Positions 1 to 9,188 are shown, numbered from the stretch's first letter. The stretch is DNA of 62,293 nt from Nitrospirota bacterium (GCA_013151555.1 JAADIA010000049.1:1-62293); one strand, 5' to 3'. Made by a program: numbers and translations. Notes: generated by a model from the sequence alone, not told the origin.

Positions 1-11
1 TGGGAGGTGTA

Positions 12-429
12 ATGATGGAAGGGCCTTATGGCGAGAAAGTAATGGAACATTTTAAAAATCCCCGGAATGTGGGCGAGATGGAAAATCCGGATGGTGTCGG
101 CCATGTCGGGAATCCGATATGTGGAGATATCATGGAACTTTATATCAAGGTCGAGGGGATGAAGATCGTTGATGCTAAGTTCAAAACCTTCGGCTGTGGC
201 GCGGCTATTGCCACCAGCAGCATGGTCACGGAACTTGTGAAAGGAAAAACCATTGATGATGCTTTAAAGATTTCTAACCGGGCCGTGGCCGAGGCTGGGC
301 GGTCTTCCTCCTATCAAGATGCACTGCTCCGTCTTAGCCGAACAGGCTCTGAGGTCGGCCATAGATAATTACCTGAAGAAGTCCAAAGGGGAAGAGACAA
401 AATCTGAAACCGGGGAGGGTACAGATTAA
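12..429 (+). pseudogene. iscU: IscU/NifU-N-type Fe-S cluster scaffold, reading frame broken near nt 294-296
   Basis: ORF 12..368 gives MEHFKNPRNVG, GNPICGD and FKTFGCGAAIA, which carry two of the three scaffold Cys. The conserved LGGLPPIKMHCSVLAEQALRSAIDNYLKK segment with the third Cys lies in the +1 frame (295..429, TAA at 427-429). GGAGGTG RBS at 3-9. Confidence 0.75.
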
Positions 430-452
430 GTCAATTAAAAATGCAAAATTAA

Positions 453-526
453 GACAGGATTTACAGGATTAAACCGGATAGAGATGAGGGAATAAGAAAA
501 ATTTAAAAAATCCAGTTAATCCTGGC
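453..526. repeat. Family A palindromic element, copy A1
   Basis: Left arm gacaggatttacaggattaaaccggat; right arm atccagttaatcctg. Confidence 0.75.
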
Positions 527-594
527 AAAAGAAGAGATTTAACCTTGCTTGATTTTGTCTGGGTAAATCAGGATCAATAAACAGGAGAAATGAT

Positions 595-1305
595 ATGATA
601 TCTCAAGAGATGTTGCAAAAAAAAGCGGAAGAACTGGAGTCGGGTAGTGCGGAGGAAATTTTAAAATGGGCTTTAACGGAATATGGAGATAAGGTAGCCC
701 TGGCCTGTAGTTTTGGAGCGGAGGATATGGTGCTCATCGATATGATGGTTAAGATAGACCCGCAAGCGCATATCTTCACTCTGGATACGGGAAGGCTTCC
801 CCAGGAAACTTACGAAGTAATGGAGAGGGTGAGAGAAAAATATGGGGCGAAGATCGCCGTCTTCTTTCCCGATACCAAGTCGGTCGAGGAAATGGAAGAG
901 AAACATGGCCCTAATCTTTTCTATAAGAGTCTGGAGTTAAGAAAATTATGTTGCACCGTTCGCAAGCTTGATCCTTTGAAGAGAGCATTTGCGGCCCTTT
1001 CTGCCTGGGTCTGCGGTCTGAGGAAAGAACAAGCGGTTACGCGTACCGGGATAAAGAAGGTAGAGATTGGCGCAGACCCTAACGCCATAGTCAAGATAAA
1101 TCCTTTAGCCGACTGGACGGAAAAACAGGTCTGGGATTATATTAAGAAGAATGATGTTCCCTATAATAAGTTACATGACCTCAACTTTCCCAGTATCGGT
1201 TGCTTGCCCTGTACCCGGGCGGTAACTCCCGGAGAGGATGTAAGAGCGGGACGCTGGTGGTGGGAAAGTCCGGAGCAGAAAGAGTGTGGATTGCATAAAA
1301 AGTAG
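595..1305 (+). CDS. cysH: Assimilatory adenylylsulfate (APS) reductase, Fe-S cluster CysH type
   Basis: PAPS/APS reductase fold. Cys-Cys pair (KLCCTVRK) plus CLPC (CxxC) and C-terminal catalytic ECGLH. AGGAGA RBS before ATG 595. Confidence 0.9.
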   Translation: MISQEMLQKKAEELESGSAEEILKWALTEYGDKVALACSFGAEDMVLIDMMVKIDPQAHIFTLDTGRLPQETYEVMERVREKYGAKIAVFFPDTKSVEEMEEKHGPNLFYKSLELRKLCCTVRKLDPLKRAFAALSAWVCGLRKEQAVTRTGIKKVEIGADPNAIVKINPLADWTEKQVWDYIKKNDVPYNKLHDLNFPSIGCLPCTRAVTPGEDVRAGRWWWESPEQKECGLHKK

Positions 1306-1395
1306 TTGAAGGTTGAAAGTATAAAGTTGAAAGTAAAAACGCTTTTTAGAGCTTTAAACCTTAAACCTTAAACCTTAAACTTTAAACTTTCAACT
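1306..1395. repeat. Family B heptamer array, copy B1 (inverted blocks)
   Basis: Five units of TTGAARG-type, a spacer, then six units of CYTTMAA-type. The arms are roughly three-quarters complementary by eye. Confidence 0.85.
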
Positions 1396-1407
1396 ATATT
1401 GGAGGTT

Positions 1408-2583
1408 ATGGTGAAAGACCAAATTGAACCCCATGGGGGTAAGTTGATAAATCGGGTGGTTGAAGAACGGGAGAGAGAATCGCTCATTGAGAAAGCTTTC
1501 AATCTCCGAGAAGTTCATCTTAGCAAGAGAGAGGTCTCTGACTTAGAGATGATCGCTACCGGGGCCTTTTCTCCCCTGACAGGGTTTATGGGAAGGGAAG
1601 ATTACGAGAGCGTTCTGGATGTGAAGAGATTGTCCAACGGCCTTGTCTGGACTATCCCCGTTACCCTTTCGGTAAAGGAGGAAGAAGCGAAGAAATTAAA
1701 GGTCGGGGAGGAGCTGTCTCTTCTGGACCCGGCCGGGACAACTCTGGCCATCCTTCATCTTGAAGAGATCTACCCGCATGATAAGGAAAAAGAAGCCCTT
1801 CAGATTTACGGTACCAGGGATAGAAAGCATCCGGGAGTAGATAAAGTTTACCTGATGGGGGAAGTCTTACTGGGAGGGAAAGTTACCGTTATCCGTCTGC
1901 CCAAACATGATGATTTTTCCCCTTACCGGCTTCCGCCCCGGGAGACGAGGAAATTATTTAAGGAAAAGGGCTGGAAAAGAGTTGCTGCTTTTCAAACCAG
2001 AAATCCTATCCATCGAGCGCACGAATATATTCAAAAATGTGCCCTGGAAATAGTGGATGGACTTTTTCTTCATCCCCTGGTAGGGGAGACAAAAGGCAGC
2101 GATATCCCCGCTGATATTCGCATAAAGAGCTATGAAGTCGTCCTGGAGAAATATTATCCTAAAGACAGGTTTATCATGGCCGTTCTCCCCATGGCTATGA
2201 GGTATGCGGGCCCCCGGGAGGCCATCCTCCATGCTCTCGTCCGGAAGAATTACGGAGCTACCCATTTTATCGTGGGAAGAGACCATGCCGGGGCGGGAAA
2301 TTTCTACGGGCCTTTCGATGCTCACTATATCTTTGACGAATTTGAACCGGAGGAATTAGGGATAACTCCCCTGTTCTTCGATAATGCTTTCTTCTGCAAA
2401 CAATGTCAGGGGATGGCTTCTTATAAGACCTGCCCGCATGAGTCCAGCGAACATATCTCTCTCAGCGGGACAAAAGTTCGGAGTCTCCTCCGCAAAAAAC
2501 AGCAACCTCCCGTGGAGCTTACTCGACCGGAGGTGGCTCAGGTATTGATTGAGGGAGCCTCCAGACCGGACTATCAAATATGA
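1408..2583 (+). CDS. sat: Sulfate adenylyltransferase (ATP sulfurylase)
   Basis: QTRNPIHRAHE and GRDHAG motifs, N-terminal PHGG. The ORF track starts at TTG 1399, but GGAGG at 1401-1405 favours ATG 1408 or GTG 1411. Confidence 0.9.
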   Translation: MVKDQIEPHGGKLINRVVEERERESLIEKAFNLREVHLSKREVSDLEMIATGAFSPLTGFMGREDYESVLDVKRLSNGLVWTIPVTLSVKEEEAKKLKVGEELSLLDPAGTTLAILHLEEIYPHDKEKEALQIYGTRDRKHPGVDKVYLMGEVLLGGKVTVIRLPKHDDFSPYRLPPRETRKLFKEKGWKRVAAFQTRNPIHRAHEYIQKCALEIVDGLFLHPLVGETKGSDIPADIRIKSYEVVLEKYYPKDRFIMAVLPMAMRYAGPREAILHALVRKNYGATHFIVGRDHAGAGNFYGPFDAHYIFDEFEPEELGITPLFFDNAFFCKQCQGMASYKTCPHESSEHISLSGTKVRSLLRKKQQPPVELTRPEVAQVLIEGASRPDYQI

Positions 2584-2584
2584 A

Positions 2585-2710
2585 ATCACGCGGTTCTTTT
2601 GCCGCCTGGCTGCGTTACACGCTGCGCTCCCTTGTGCGGCGTACAGAATATGTACGCCTCCGCAGTCGCTTGCGCAAGCCTTGCCAGACCGTCAAAACTC
2701 CTCGCGTGAG
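2585..2710. repeat. GC-rich imperfect palindrome of about 125 bp (single copy in this window)
   Basis: Outer atcacgcg / cgcgtgag, centre ggcgtac-agaatat-gtacgcc, with further partially complementary GC-rich segments. Confidence 0.7.
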
Positions 2711-2761
2711 ATAAGCTAATTACGCCGGCATTCTACAAAGTGTCGGTCCGGGATATGAACA

Positions 2762-3169
2762 ATGCCAATGAAGATAAAGCAATCCTGTTTCTCGGAGATG
2801 GTCGAACATTGTCAGCAGGAACATCCTCATGAAGCCTGCGGGATCCTGGCTGGTAAGGATGACCTGGTAACAAAAGTTTATAAGATGGCTAATACTTCCG
2901 AGACGCCGGAAATCTGTTATTCTATCGACACTAAAGTGTTGATTAAGCTCAATAAGGAAATGAGAAATTCCGGGCTGGAGATGCTGGGGATCTACCATTC
3001 CCATGGGTCCAGTGCTCCTTACCCTTCCGTCCGGGATGTAAAGGATGCGCACTATCCGGAAGCGAGCTATGTTATCGTTTCCTTAACCAATTGCTGCAAA
3101 CCGGAAGTGGCTGCGTTTAAAATCGTAGAGGGAAAGATAGAAGAGGAAGAGTTGATCCTGGACAATTGA
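2762..3169 (+). CDS. Stand-alone JAMM/MPN+ metalloprotease (Mec/HcyD/QbsD-like sulfur-carrier C-terminal peptidase)
   Basis: HSH-x7-S-x2-D in YHSHGSSAPYPSVRD with upstream E-x-x-CG. 135 aa, single domain. Confidence 0.85.
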   Translation: MPMKIKQSCFSEMVEHCQQEHPHEACGILAGKDDLVTKVYKMANTSETPEICYSIDTKVLIKLNKEMRNSGLEMLGIYHSHGSSAPYPSVRDVKDAHYPEASYVIVSLTNCCKPEVAAFKIVEGKIEEEELILDN

Positions 3170-3175
3170 AAAAAT

Positions 3176-3253
3176 AAACCACAAGATTTCACGAGATTAA
3201 CATAAAAAAATAATACAATTTTAAGAATAATCTGGTGTTAATCTGTGGTTAAA
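3176..3253. repeat. Family F palindromic element, copy F1
   Basis: aaaccacaagatttcacgagattaac ... aataatctggtgttaatctgtggttaaa. Confidence 0.85.
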
Positions 3254-3318
3254 TTCGTTGGTATTAGAAGGTTTCTCTATGGTAAAGTTTAATATATTCC
3301 ATATGGGGGAGGATAATC

Positions 3319-3651
3319 ATGGTTAAGGAAATCAATGATAATAATTTTCAAGCGGAAGTTTTAGAAGCGGATTTGCCGGTGCTGGTAGATTTCTGGGCTT
3401 CCTGGTGTGGCCCCTGCAAAAGGCTTGCTCCCCTTATAGAGGAGATAGCCGGGGAATACAGCGGGCGCCTGAAAGTTTGCAAACTTAACGTGGATGATAA
3501 TCCGGCAACGTCCCCGAAGTATGAAATTATGAGCATTCCTACTTTAATCATCTTCAAAGGGGGCGATGCCAAGGAACGGATTGTCGGACTGGTGCCGAAG
3601 TCCGCCCTGGAGGCGAAGATAAAACCGTATCTGAAAAACATAAAAACTTGA
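3319..3651 (+). CDS. trxA: Thioredoxin
   Basis: WCGPC active site, 110 aa, GGGAGG RBS. Confidence 0.95.
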   Translation: MVKEINDNNFQAEVLEADLPVLVDFWASWCGPCKRLAPLIEEIAGEYSGRLKVCKLNVDDNPATSPKYEIMSIPTLIIFKGGDAKERIVGLVPKSALEAKIKPYLKNIKT

Positions 3652-3729
3652 CAGGATTTACACGATAAACGGGATAAAAATAGGGAAAAATTAATATAAT
3701 TAAAAAATAAAAATCCTGTTCATCCTGTC
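3650..3729. repeat. Family A element, copy A2
   Basis: gacaggatttacacgataaacggga ... aaatcctgttcatcctgtc. The trxA TGA stop overlaps its first bases. Confidence 0.8.
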
Positions 3730-3782
3730 AAAAGAAGGAAGCGCTTTTAAGAATACCTGATCCTGTCGAAGGAGTAAAAAAA

Positions 3783-5108
3783 TTGCAATCAAACTCCCAA
3801 CTCTTTTCCCAGGCCCGGAAACACATCCCCGGCGGGGTGAATAGTCCCGTGCGAGCTTTTCAGGCCGTAGGGGGGACCCCGCTCTTTATAGATCGGGCAA
3901 AAGGGTCTAAGCTCTACAGTGCCGAGGGGAAAGAATATCTGGATTACTGTCTTTCCTGGGGAGCTTTAATTCTGGGACATAGTTGTCCCGGCGTCATCGT
4001 CGAAGTAAAGAAAGCCCTGGAGAAAGGAACCAGCTTTGGCGCTCCCACCCGGATGGAAACGGAGTTAGCCCGGAAGGCTTGTGAGGCGGTTCCCTCAATG
4101 GAACTGGTGCGGCTGGTGAACTCGGGAACGGAAGCCGTAATGAGCGCCATAAGAGTTGCCCGGGGCTATACCGGGAGAAATAAAATCATCAAATTCGCCG
4201 GCTCTTACCATGGTCATGCCGATTATCTTCTCGTGGAAGCCGGTTCCGGAGCCATGACGCTAAACGTAGGAACTGGAGATGCCGCCGGAGGGAGGGAAAG
4301 TCAATCTTTGCCGTCCAGTCTGGGGGTGCCGGAAGATTTTACCAAACATACTTTCGTTCTCCCCTACAATAATCTGAAAGCGGTAGAAGAAACCGTCAAG
4401 AAACACGCTGCCGATATCGCCTGTATAATCGTGGAACCTGTTTCCGGGAACATGGGAGTCATCCCTCCGCAGGAAGGTTTCCTGGAAGGTTTGCGCCGGA
4501 CTTGTGACCGGCATGATGTCATCTTAATATTTGATGAAGTAATTACCGGGTTCCGCCTTGCCTACGGCGGAGCCCAGGAACTCTTTTCTCTCAAGGCGGA
4601 TTTAACCTGCCTGGGCAAGATAATGGGAGGGGGGTTCCCTCTGGCGGCCTATGGAGGCAGGAAAGACATCATGGAATGTGTGTCTCCTTTGGGTAACGTC
4701 TATCAGGCGGGAACTCTTTCCGGGAATCCGGTAGCTACCACAGCCGGGCTGGCAACGTTAAATTTGTTATCTTCCCAGAAGGAAGAGTTATATAAATCGC
4801 TGGCAGAGAAGGCTGGTTATCTATATGCCGAAATAAAAAAAGAGGCTGAGAAGTCAGGGGTCGAGATGCAAATTCATCGGGTGGGTTCTATGCTTTCCCT
4901 GTTTTTCACTTCCCGCCCGGTCAGCGATTATGAGACGGCCAAGGCAACGGATACCGTAGCTTACCGCAAATTCTTTCATAAGATGTTGGAGGAAGGGGTT
5001 TACCTTCCTCCCTCCAATTTCGAATCTTACTTTCTCTCCTCTTCCCATAGCGGGGAGGATGTAGAGAAGACGATCCGGGCCGTTGGGGCAGCTATGAAAA
5101 AGATATGA
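3783..5108 (+). CDS. hemL: Glutamate-1-semialdehyde 2,1-aminomutase
   Basis: N-terminal IPGGVNSPVRAF, class III aminotransferase core, GKIMGGGFP Lys region. TTG start with GAAGGAG RBS. Confidence 0.9.
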   Translation: MQSNSQLFSQARKHIPGGVNSPVRAFQAVGGTPLFIDRAKGSKLYSAEGKEYLDYCLSWGALILGHSCPGVIVEVKKALEKGTSFGAPTRMETELARKACEAVPSMELVRLVNSGTEAVMSAIRVARGYTGRNKIIKFAGSYHGHADYLLVEAGSGAMTLNVGTGDAAGGRESQSLPSSLGVPEDFTKHTFVLPYNNLKAVEETVKKHAADIACIIVEPVSGNMGVIPPQEGFLEGLRRTCDRHDVILIFDEVITGFRLAYGGAQELFSLKADLTCLGKIMGGGFPLAAYGGRKDIMECVSPLGNVYQAGTLSGNPVATTAGLATLNLLSSQKEELYKSLAEKAGYLYAEIKKEAEKSGVEMQIHRVGSMLSLFFTSRPVSDYETAKATDTVAYRKFFHKMLEEGVYLPPSNFESYFLSSSHSGEDVEKTIRAVGAAMKKI

Positions 5109-5156
5109 GTCGCGAGTTATCAGAACTAATCACTATTGAAGGCAGGAGGAAAAAAC

Positions 5157-5369
5157 ATGAACCTTGTTATTAATGGGAAGAAGAAAGAATTGGAGGAAGG
5201 AACGACTGTCGGCCGGCTTCTGAAAATAAAAAAAGTCCGGCCCGAGGTAGTAACAGTGGAATTAAATGATCAAATAATTGAGAGAGAGAAATATGGAGAC
5301 ACGATCCTTAAAGAGGGAGACAGGTTGGAGCTGGTCTATTATATGGGAGGGGGAGTTGGTTTAGTTTAA
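5157..5369 (+). CDS. ThiS/CysO-like ubiquitin-fold sulfur carrier with residues beyond the Gly-Gly
   Basis: 70 aa from ATG 5157 (AGGAGGA RBS). Ends ...LELVYYMGGG-VGLV. The tail and the TAA stop lie in the first units of the downstream heptamer array. Confidence 0.75.
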   Translation: MNLVINGKKKELEEGTTVGRLLKIKKVRPEVVTVELNDQIIEREKYGDTILKEGDRLELVYYMGGGVGLV

Positions 5370-5466
5370 AGTTAAAAGTTTAAGGTCTAAAGTTAAAAGT
5401 TTAAGGTTTAAGGTTTAAAGTTGAAGGTTGAGGGTTAGGAATTGCAAAAAGACTTTAGACTTTATG
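5357..5466. repeat. Family B heptamer array, copy B2
   Basis: About 11 tandem GTTWAAR heptamers (5364-5439), then gactttagacttta as a short opposing arm. Confidence 0.85.
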
Positions 5467-5488
5467 TTTTCGGATCAAGGGAGAGATT

Positions 5489-6418
5489 ATGATGCAGTCA
5501 AAGGTGGTTAACAATGTATTGGAACTTATCGGCAATACCCCGTTGGTGAAGATGAACAAAATCGGAGAAGAAAATATGGCCGAAGTTCTGGCCAAGTTAG
5601 AAAGTTTTAATCCCGGAGGGAGCGTTAAGGATAGAATCTGCCTGAATATGATTGAGGATGCCGAGAAGAGAGGCCTTCTCAAGCCGGGGGCGATTGTTGT
5701 GGAGCCTACCTCGGGCAATACGGGAATCGGGTTGGCCATGGTGGCGGCTGTCAAGGGCTATAAATGTATTCTTACCATGCCCGAGACGATGAGCGTTGAG
5801 CGTCGTTATATCCTGGAATCCTATGGGGCCGAGATTGTGCTCACCCCGGGCATTGAAGGGATGATGGGAGCGGTAAAGAAGGCCGAGGAGATAGTCCGGA
5901 ATACTCCTAATTCTTTCTTGCCTCAGCAGTTCAAAAATCCAGCTAACCCGGACGTACACCGTCGGACTACCGCGGCAGAAATATTAGCTGCCACGGAAGG
6001 AAAGTTAGAAGCTTTCGTGGCTGGGGTGGGTACCGGAGGGACGATTACCGGCGTAGGCGAAATACTTAAAAAAGAGATTCCTTCCGTGAAAATCATCGCC
6101 GTCGAGCCGGAAACCTCCCCGGTTCTTTCCGGAGGCGAACCCGGGCCCCATAAGATTCAAGGGATAGGGGCAGGGTTCATTCCCGAAGTGCTTAACCGCA
6201 AGATAATTGATGAGATGATTCCGGTAAGTGATGACGATGCTTTTCATACTACCAAGCGGCTGGCCCGGGAAGAAGGAATCTTCGCAGGAATATCATCAGG
6301 AGCGGCTGTCTTTGCCGCCCTCAAAGTGGCTAAGGATTTAGGTAAAGAAAAGAGAGTTGTCGTTATTCTTCCCGATACCGGGGAGAGATACTTTAGTATG
6401 GAACAATACTTTGAATAG
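5489..6418 (+). CDS. cysK: Cysteine synthase (O-acetylserine or O-phosphoserine sulfhydrylase, CysK/CysM family)
   Basis: PLP fold type II: SVKDR lysine motif, [18 protein letters not shown]. CysK versus CysM cannot be resolved by eye. Confidence 0.9.
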   Translation: MMQSKVVNNVLELIGNTPLVKMNKIGEENMAEVLAKLESFNPGGSVKDRICLNMIEDAEKRGLLKPGAIVVEPTSGNTGIGLAMVAAVKGYKCILTMPETMSVERRYILESYGAEIVLTPGIEGMMGAVKKAEEIVRNTPNSFLPQQFKNPANPDVHRRTTAAEILAATEGKLEAFVAGVGTGGTITGVGEILKKEIPSVKIIAVEPETSPVLSGGEPGPHKIQGIGAGFIPEVLNRKIIDEMIPVSDDDAFHTTKRLAREEGIFAGISSGAAVFAALKVAKDLGKEKRVVVILPDTGERYFSMEQYFE

Positions 6419-6433
6419 AGATAATTTAAAAAG

Positions 6434-6513
6434 CAGAATTAAGGATTAAGTGGTAAGAATTAAGCAAAAACATTTAATTCTTAGAACGAAGTGAGCATCT
6501 TAATCATTAACCC
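6434..6513. repeat. Family E (GGATTAA heptamer) element, copy E1
   Basis: cagaattaaggattaagtggtaagaattaagc ... ttagaacgaagtgagcatcttaatcattaaccc. Confidence 0.85.
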
Positions 6514-6585
6514 TACATCGTTAAATCTCCGCGTCTCTGTGGTTAAGTGTGTTGTAGTACTACCGTAAAAATAAGGAGAGTCTTG

Positions 6586-7449
6586 ATGGCTGAGCACGAT
6601 CTTAATGCGTTGAAAAGCTCGGGATTTATGACCCAGAAGGAGAAAGACCTCTTCTCGGTGAGACTGCGGATTGCCGGTGGGTATATCAAGGCTGAGCAGT
6701 TGCCTAAGTTGGCAGAAATATCCAAGAAGTTTGGGCGGGGGCATCTTCACCTGACGACCAGGCAAGGGATAGAGATTCCTTATGTTCACTTCGATAATCT
6801 GGAGAAGGTGAGAAATGAATTGGCCGAAGTAGGTTTAAAAATAGGAGCTTGTGGTCCCCGGGTGCGGACAGTAACGGCTTGTCAGGGAGAAGCTTGTTCT
6901 CACGGTCTTATTGAAGCTCAGCATCTGGGAAAAAAAATAGACGAGATTTTCTTCGGCCGGTCCGGTATCCCGCACAAGTTTAAGATCTGCGTCACCGGTT
7001 GTCCCAATGCCTGTATCAAGCCGGTGGAGAATGACTTCGGGATAATGGGAGTGGTCAGGAAGATTTTCGTCAAGGAAAAGTGTAACTATTGCCGGTTATG
7101 CCAGGAGGTCTGTCCGGTGGGAGCTATCAAGGTGGAAGAGAACGAACTTCACTATGATCCTTCCAAGTGTATCTTCTGCGGCGACTGTATCTTTGCCTGT
7201 CCCTCCTATGCCTGGGAACAGGAGAAGGTAGGATACAAAATCTTCGTGGGCGGAAAGATGGGCAAGTTCCCTGATCTTGGCCGGGAAGTTTTCAGTTTCT
7301 GGGAGGGAGAAGAAAGACTTTTCCAACTTATCGAAAAGACCCTGGATTTCTATAAGGAAGCAGGGAAAAAGGGAGAGAGGTTCGGAGGAACCATCGGTCG
7401 GATTGGGCTGGATAATTATAAAGAGAAGATGGAGGCGGCTATCGCATGA
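6586..7449 (+). CDS. Small sulfite/nitrite reductase-like protein with inserted 2x[4Fe-4S] ferredoxin domain (AsrC/Dsr-LP-like)
   Basis: Nitrite/sulfite reductase ferredoxin-like half-domain (LRIAGG...[11 protein letters not shown]). Cys clusters TACQGEAC and CVTGCPNAC. Two CxxCxxCxxxCP-type motifs ([24 protein letters not shown]). Likely start ATG 6586 after AAGGAGAG. Confidence 0.7.
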   Translation: MAEHDLNALKSSGFMTQKEKDLFSVRLRIAGGYIKAEQLPKLAEISKKFGRGHLHLTTRQGIEIPYVHFDNLEKVRNELAEVGLKIGACGPRVRTVTACQGEACSHGLIEAQHLGKKIDEIFFGRSGIPHKFKICVTGCPNACIKPVENDFGIMGVVRKIFVKEKCNYCRLCQEVCPVGAIKVEENELHYDPSKCIFCGDCIFACPSYAWEQEKVGYKIFVGGKMGKFPDLGREVFSFWEGEERLFQLIEKTLDFYKEAGKKGERFGGTIGRIGLDNYKEKMEAAIA

Positions 7450-8642
7450 TAAAGATCTATCTTGACCAGGCAGCGGCAACTCTCCCTCTGCCGGAAGTGG
7501 TAGAGGAGATGATTCCTTACCTGAGGGAGAAGTTCGGTAACCCTTCCAGCCTCCACGAGGTCGGACAGGTGGCCAGAAAGGCAGTGGAAGAAGCCCGGGC
7601 TCGGGTAGCCGGACTGATCAAAGCCGACCCGGAAGAGATCTTCTTCACCTCCGGAGGGACAGAGTCCAACAATTTTGCTTTGAAGAGTATGGCCTTTGCT
7701 CATCAGGATAAAGGGAAGCATATCGTTACCTCGGTCATTGAGCACCATTCCATAATTCATTCGGCTAAGGCCTTAGAGAAATTAGGATTTGAAGTAACTT
7801 ATCTCCCGGTAGACAAATTTGGTTTTGTTGACCCCCGGGCGGTAAAGGGAGCCTTGCGGGAAGGGGAGACGATCCTCGTTTCCATCATGCATGCTAATAA
7901 TGAGGTAGGAACGATCGAGCCCATAGCGGAAATCGGCCGGGTGATAAAAGAATATAACGAAAATTTGGCCTCGAAATCCGGGCGGCGAATTTACTTTCAT
8001 ACCGATGCCGTCTCCACAGTGGGGACAATTCCCGTGGATGTTAAGGAGTTGGGAGTAGACCTTTTGAGTTTGGCGGCTTGCCAGTTCTATGGTCCTAAAG
8101 GAGCGGGAGCTCTCTTTGTTAAAAAGGGAGTCCGGATTATACCTTTCCTCCACGGAGGCATTCAAGAGGGGGGAAGGCGGGCCGGAACGGAGAATGTCGC
8201 CGGAATCGTCGGTTTGGGGAAGGCTGCGGAGATAGTCTCCCGAGAAATGGGTTCCTGGAACGAACGGATAACCGGTCTGAGGGACCGCTTGATAAACGGC
8301 TTGCAGGAAAAGATAGACCATCTTTACCTGAATGGTCATCCCACTAAAAGGCTTCCCGGAAACGTGAATGTCTGTGTAGAGTTTATAGAGGGAGAATCCA
8401 TGCTCCTTTATCTGGGTATGGAAGGGATTGCTGTTGCCAGCGGTTCGTCCTGCACCTCCCACGCCTTGAAAGCTTCCCATGTCCTTGTAGCTTTAGGGGT
8501 GGACCCGGCCTTAGCTCAAGGTTCGCTCCTCTTCAGCTTGGGGAAAGACAACAGTGAGGAAGACATCGATTGTGTCCTGGAGGAAATGCCTCCGATAGTC
8601 AACCGTCTGAGGCAGATGTCACCGCTTTATAAAAAACCGTAA
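7446..8642 (+). CDS. iscS: Class I cysteine desulfurase (NifS/IscS)
   Basis: [15 protein letters not shown], active-site loop ASGSSCTSH. The start overlaps the upstream stop (ATGA at 7446-7449). Confidence 0.9.
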   Translation: MIKIYLDQAAATLPLPEVVEEMIPYLREKFGNPSSLHEVGQVARKAVEEARARVAGLIKADPEEIFFTSGGTESNNFALKSMAFAHQDKGKHIVTSVIEHHSIIHSAKALEKLGFEVTYLPVDKFGFVDPRAVKGALREGETILVSIMHANNEVGTIEPIAEIGRVIKEYNENLASKSGRRIYFHTDAVSTVGTIPVDVKELGVDLLSLAACQFYGPKGAGALFVKKGVRIIPFLHGGIQEGGRRAGTENVAGIVGLGKAAEIVSREMGSWNERITGLRDRLINGLQEKIDHLYLNGHPTKRLPGNVNVCVEFIEGESMLLYLGMEGIAVASGSSCTSHALKASHVLVALGVDPALAQGSLLFSLGKDNSEEDIDCVLEEMPPIVNRLRQMSPLYKKP

Positions 8643-8785
8643 CCACGGATAAACTAACTAAAAAGGTAAAGCACAAAATTAAAAGAGATGAAACCCCGAG
8701 ATTATCCAAGATTTACACGAGAGAAGAGAGAACAAGAACAAATTTAGAGATTACTAAGAAAAATCTTGTAATAATCCCTGCCCTC
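8641..8785. repeat. Family F-like element, copy F3 (degenerate)
   Basis: aaccacggataaac ... ccgagattatccaagatttacacgag ... aaatcttgtaataatcc. Confidence 0.55.
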
Positions 8786-8832
8786 CTCAGGAGGGTGGAT
8801 AACCTGTATCTGCAACTTATCACGGTGAGATT

Positions 8833-9084
8833 ATGGAAGAGATAAAAGTAGACGAGACTTTAGATTGTTTTGGCCTTATCTGCCCGGTGCCGGTGCATCT
8901 CACGGCCAAAAAGATAAAGCAATTTCAGGTAGGGCAAGTCCTGGTAGTGATTGCCGACGACCCCGACTCTCTGCAGGACATACCTGCCTGGTGCAAGTCC
9001 AGTGGGCATAAGCTCCTCCGGTTCGAACCGGAAGGAAATATCTATAAATTTTACATCAGGAAAGAAGCCGAGCAGAATAAATAG
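8833..9084 (+). CDS. TusA/SirA-like sulfurtransferase
   Basis: 83 aa, LDCFGLICPVP (CPxP motif). Confidence 0.8.
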   Translation: MEEIKVDETLDCFGLICPVPVHLTAKKIKQFQVGQVLVVIADDPDSLQDIPAWCKSSGHKLLRFEPEGNIYKFYIRKEAEQNK

Positions 9085-9188
9085 GGCGGAGAAGAAGAGC
9101 AAGGGAAGCAGGAGGGTGGATTTAAGTTGATATTATTCCCGTCTCCAGATATAATAAGGGAAGTTAAGGCAGAAAAAAAGGGTTAACC

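Noticed and set aside
5364-5439. The tandem arrays as possible CRISPR loci
   Set aside because: The units are 7-9 nt, directly abutting and degenerate, with no 25-40-nt repeats, no unique spacers and no cas genes in the window.
6481-6789. ORFs on the minus strand (102 aa and 60 aa) overlapping repeat E1 and the start of the sulfite-reductase-like gene
   Set aside because: They are antisense to a supported CDS and partly translate repeat DNA.
7782-8480. 232-aa ORF antisense to the cysteine desulfurase gene
   Set aside because: It lies entirely within a well-supported CDS on the other strand, has low-complexity composition and no recognisable motifs. The same reasoning applies to other long antisense ORFs: 14326-14865, 22597-23112, 23472-23939, 24219-24800, 39799-40242, 43249-43704, 49878-50438 and 52557-52973.
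8643-8832. Possible SAM or other sulfur-responsive riboswitch in sulfur-operon leaders (also 369-594 and 12061-12257)
   Set aside because: I could not recognise conserved cores of SAM-I, SAM-II or SAM-SAH, or any other riboswitch. The sequences are explained by repeat families F and A. An Infernal scan would be needed to exclude one.
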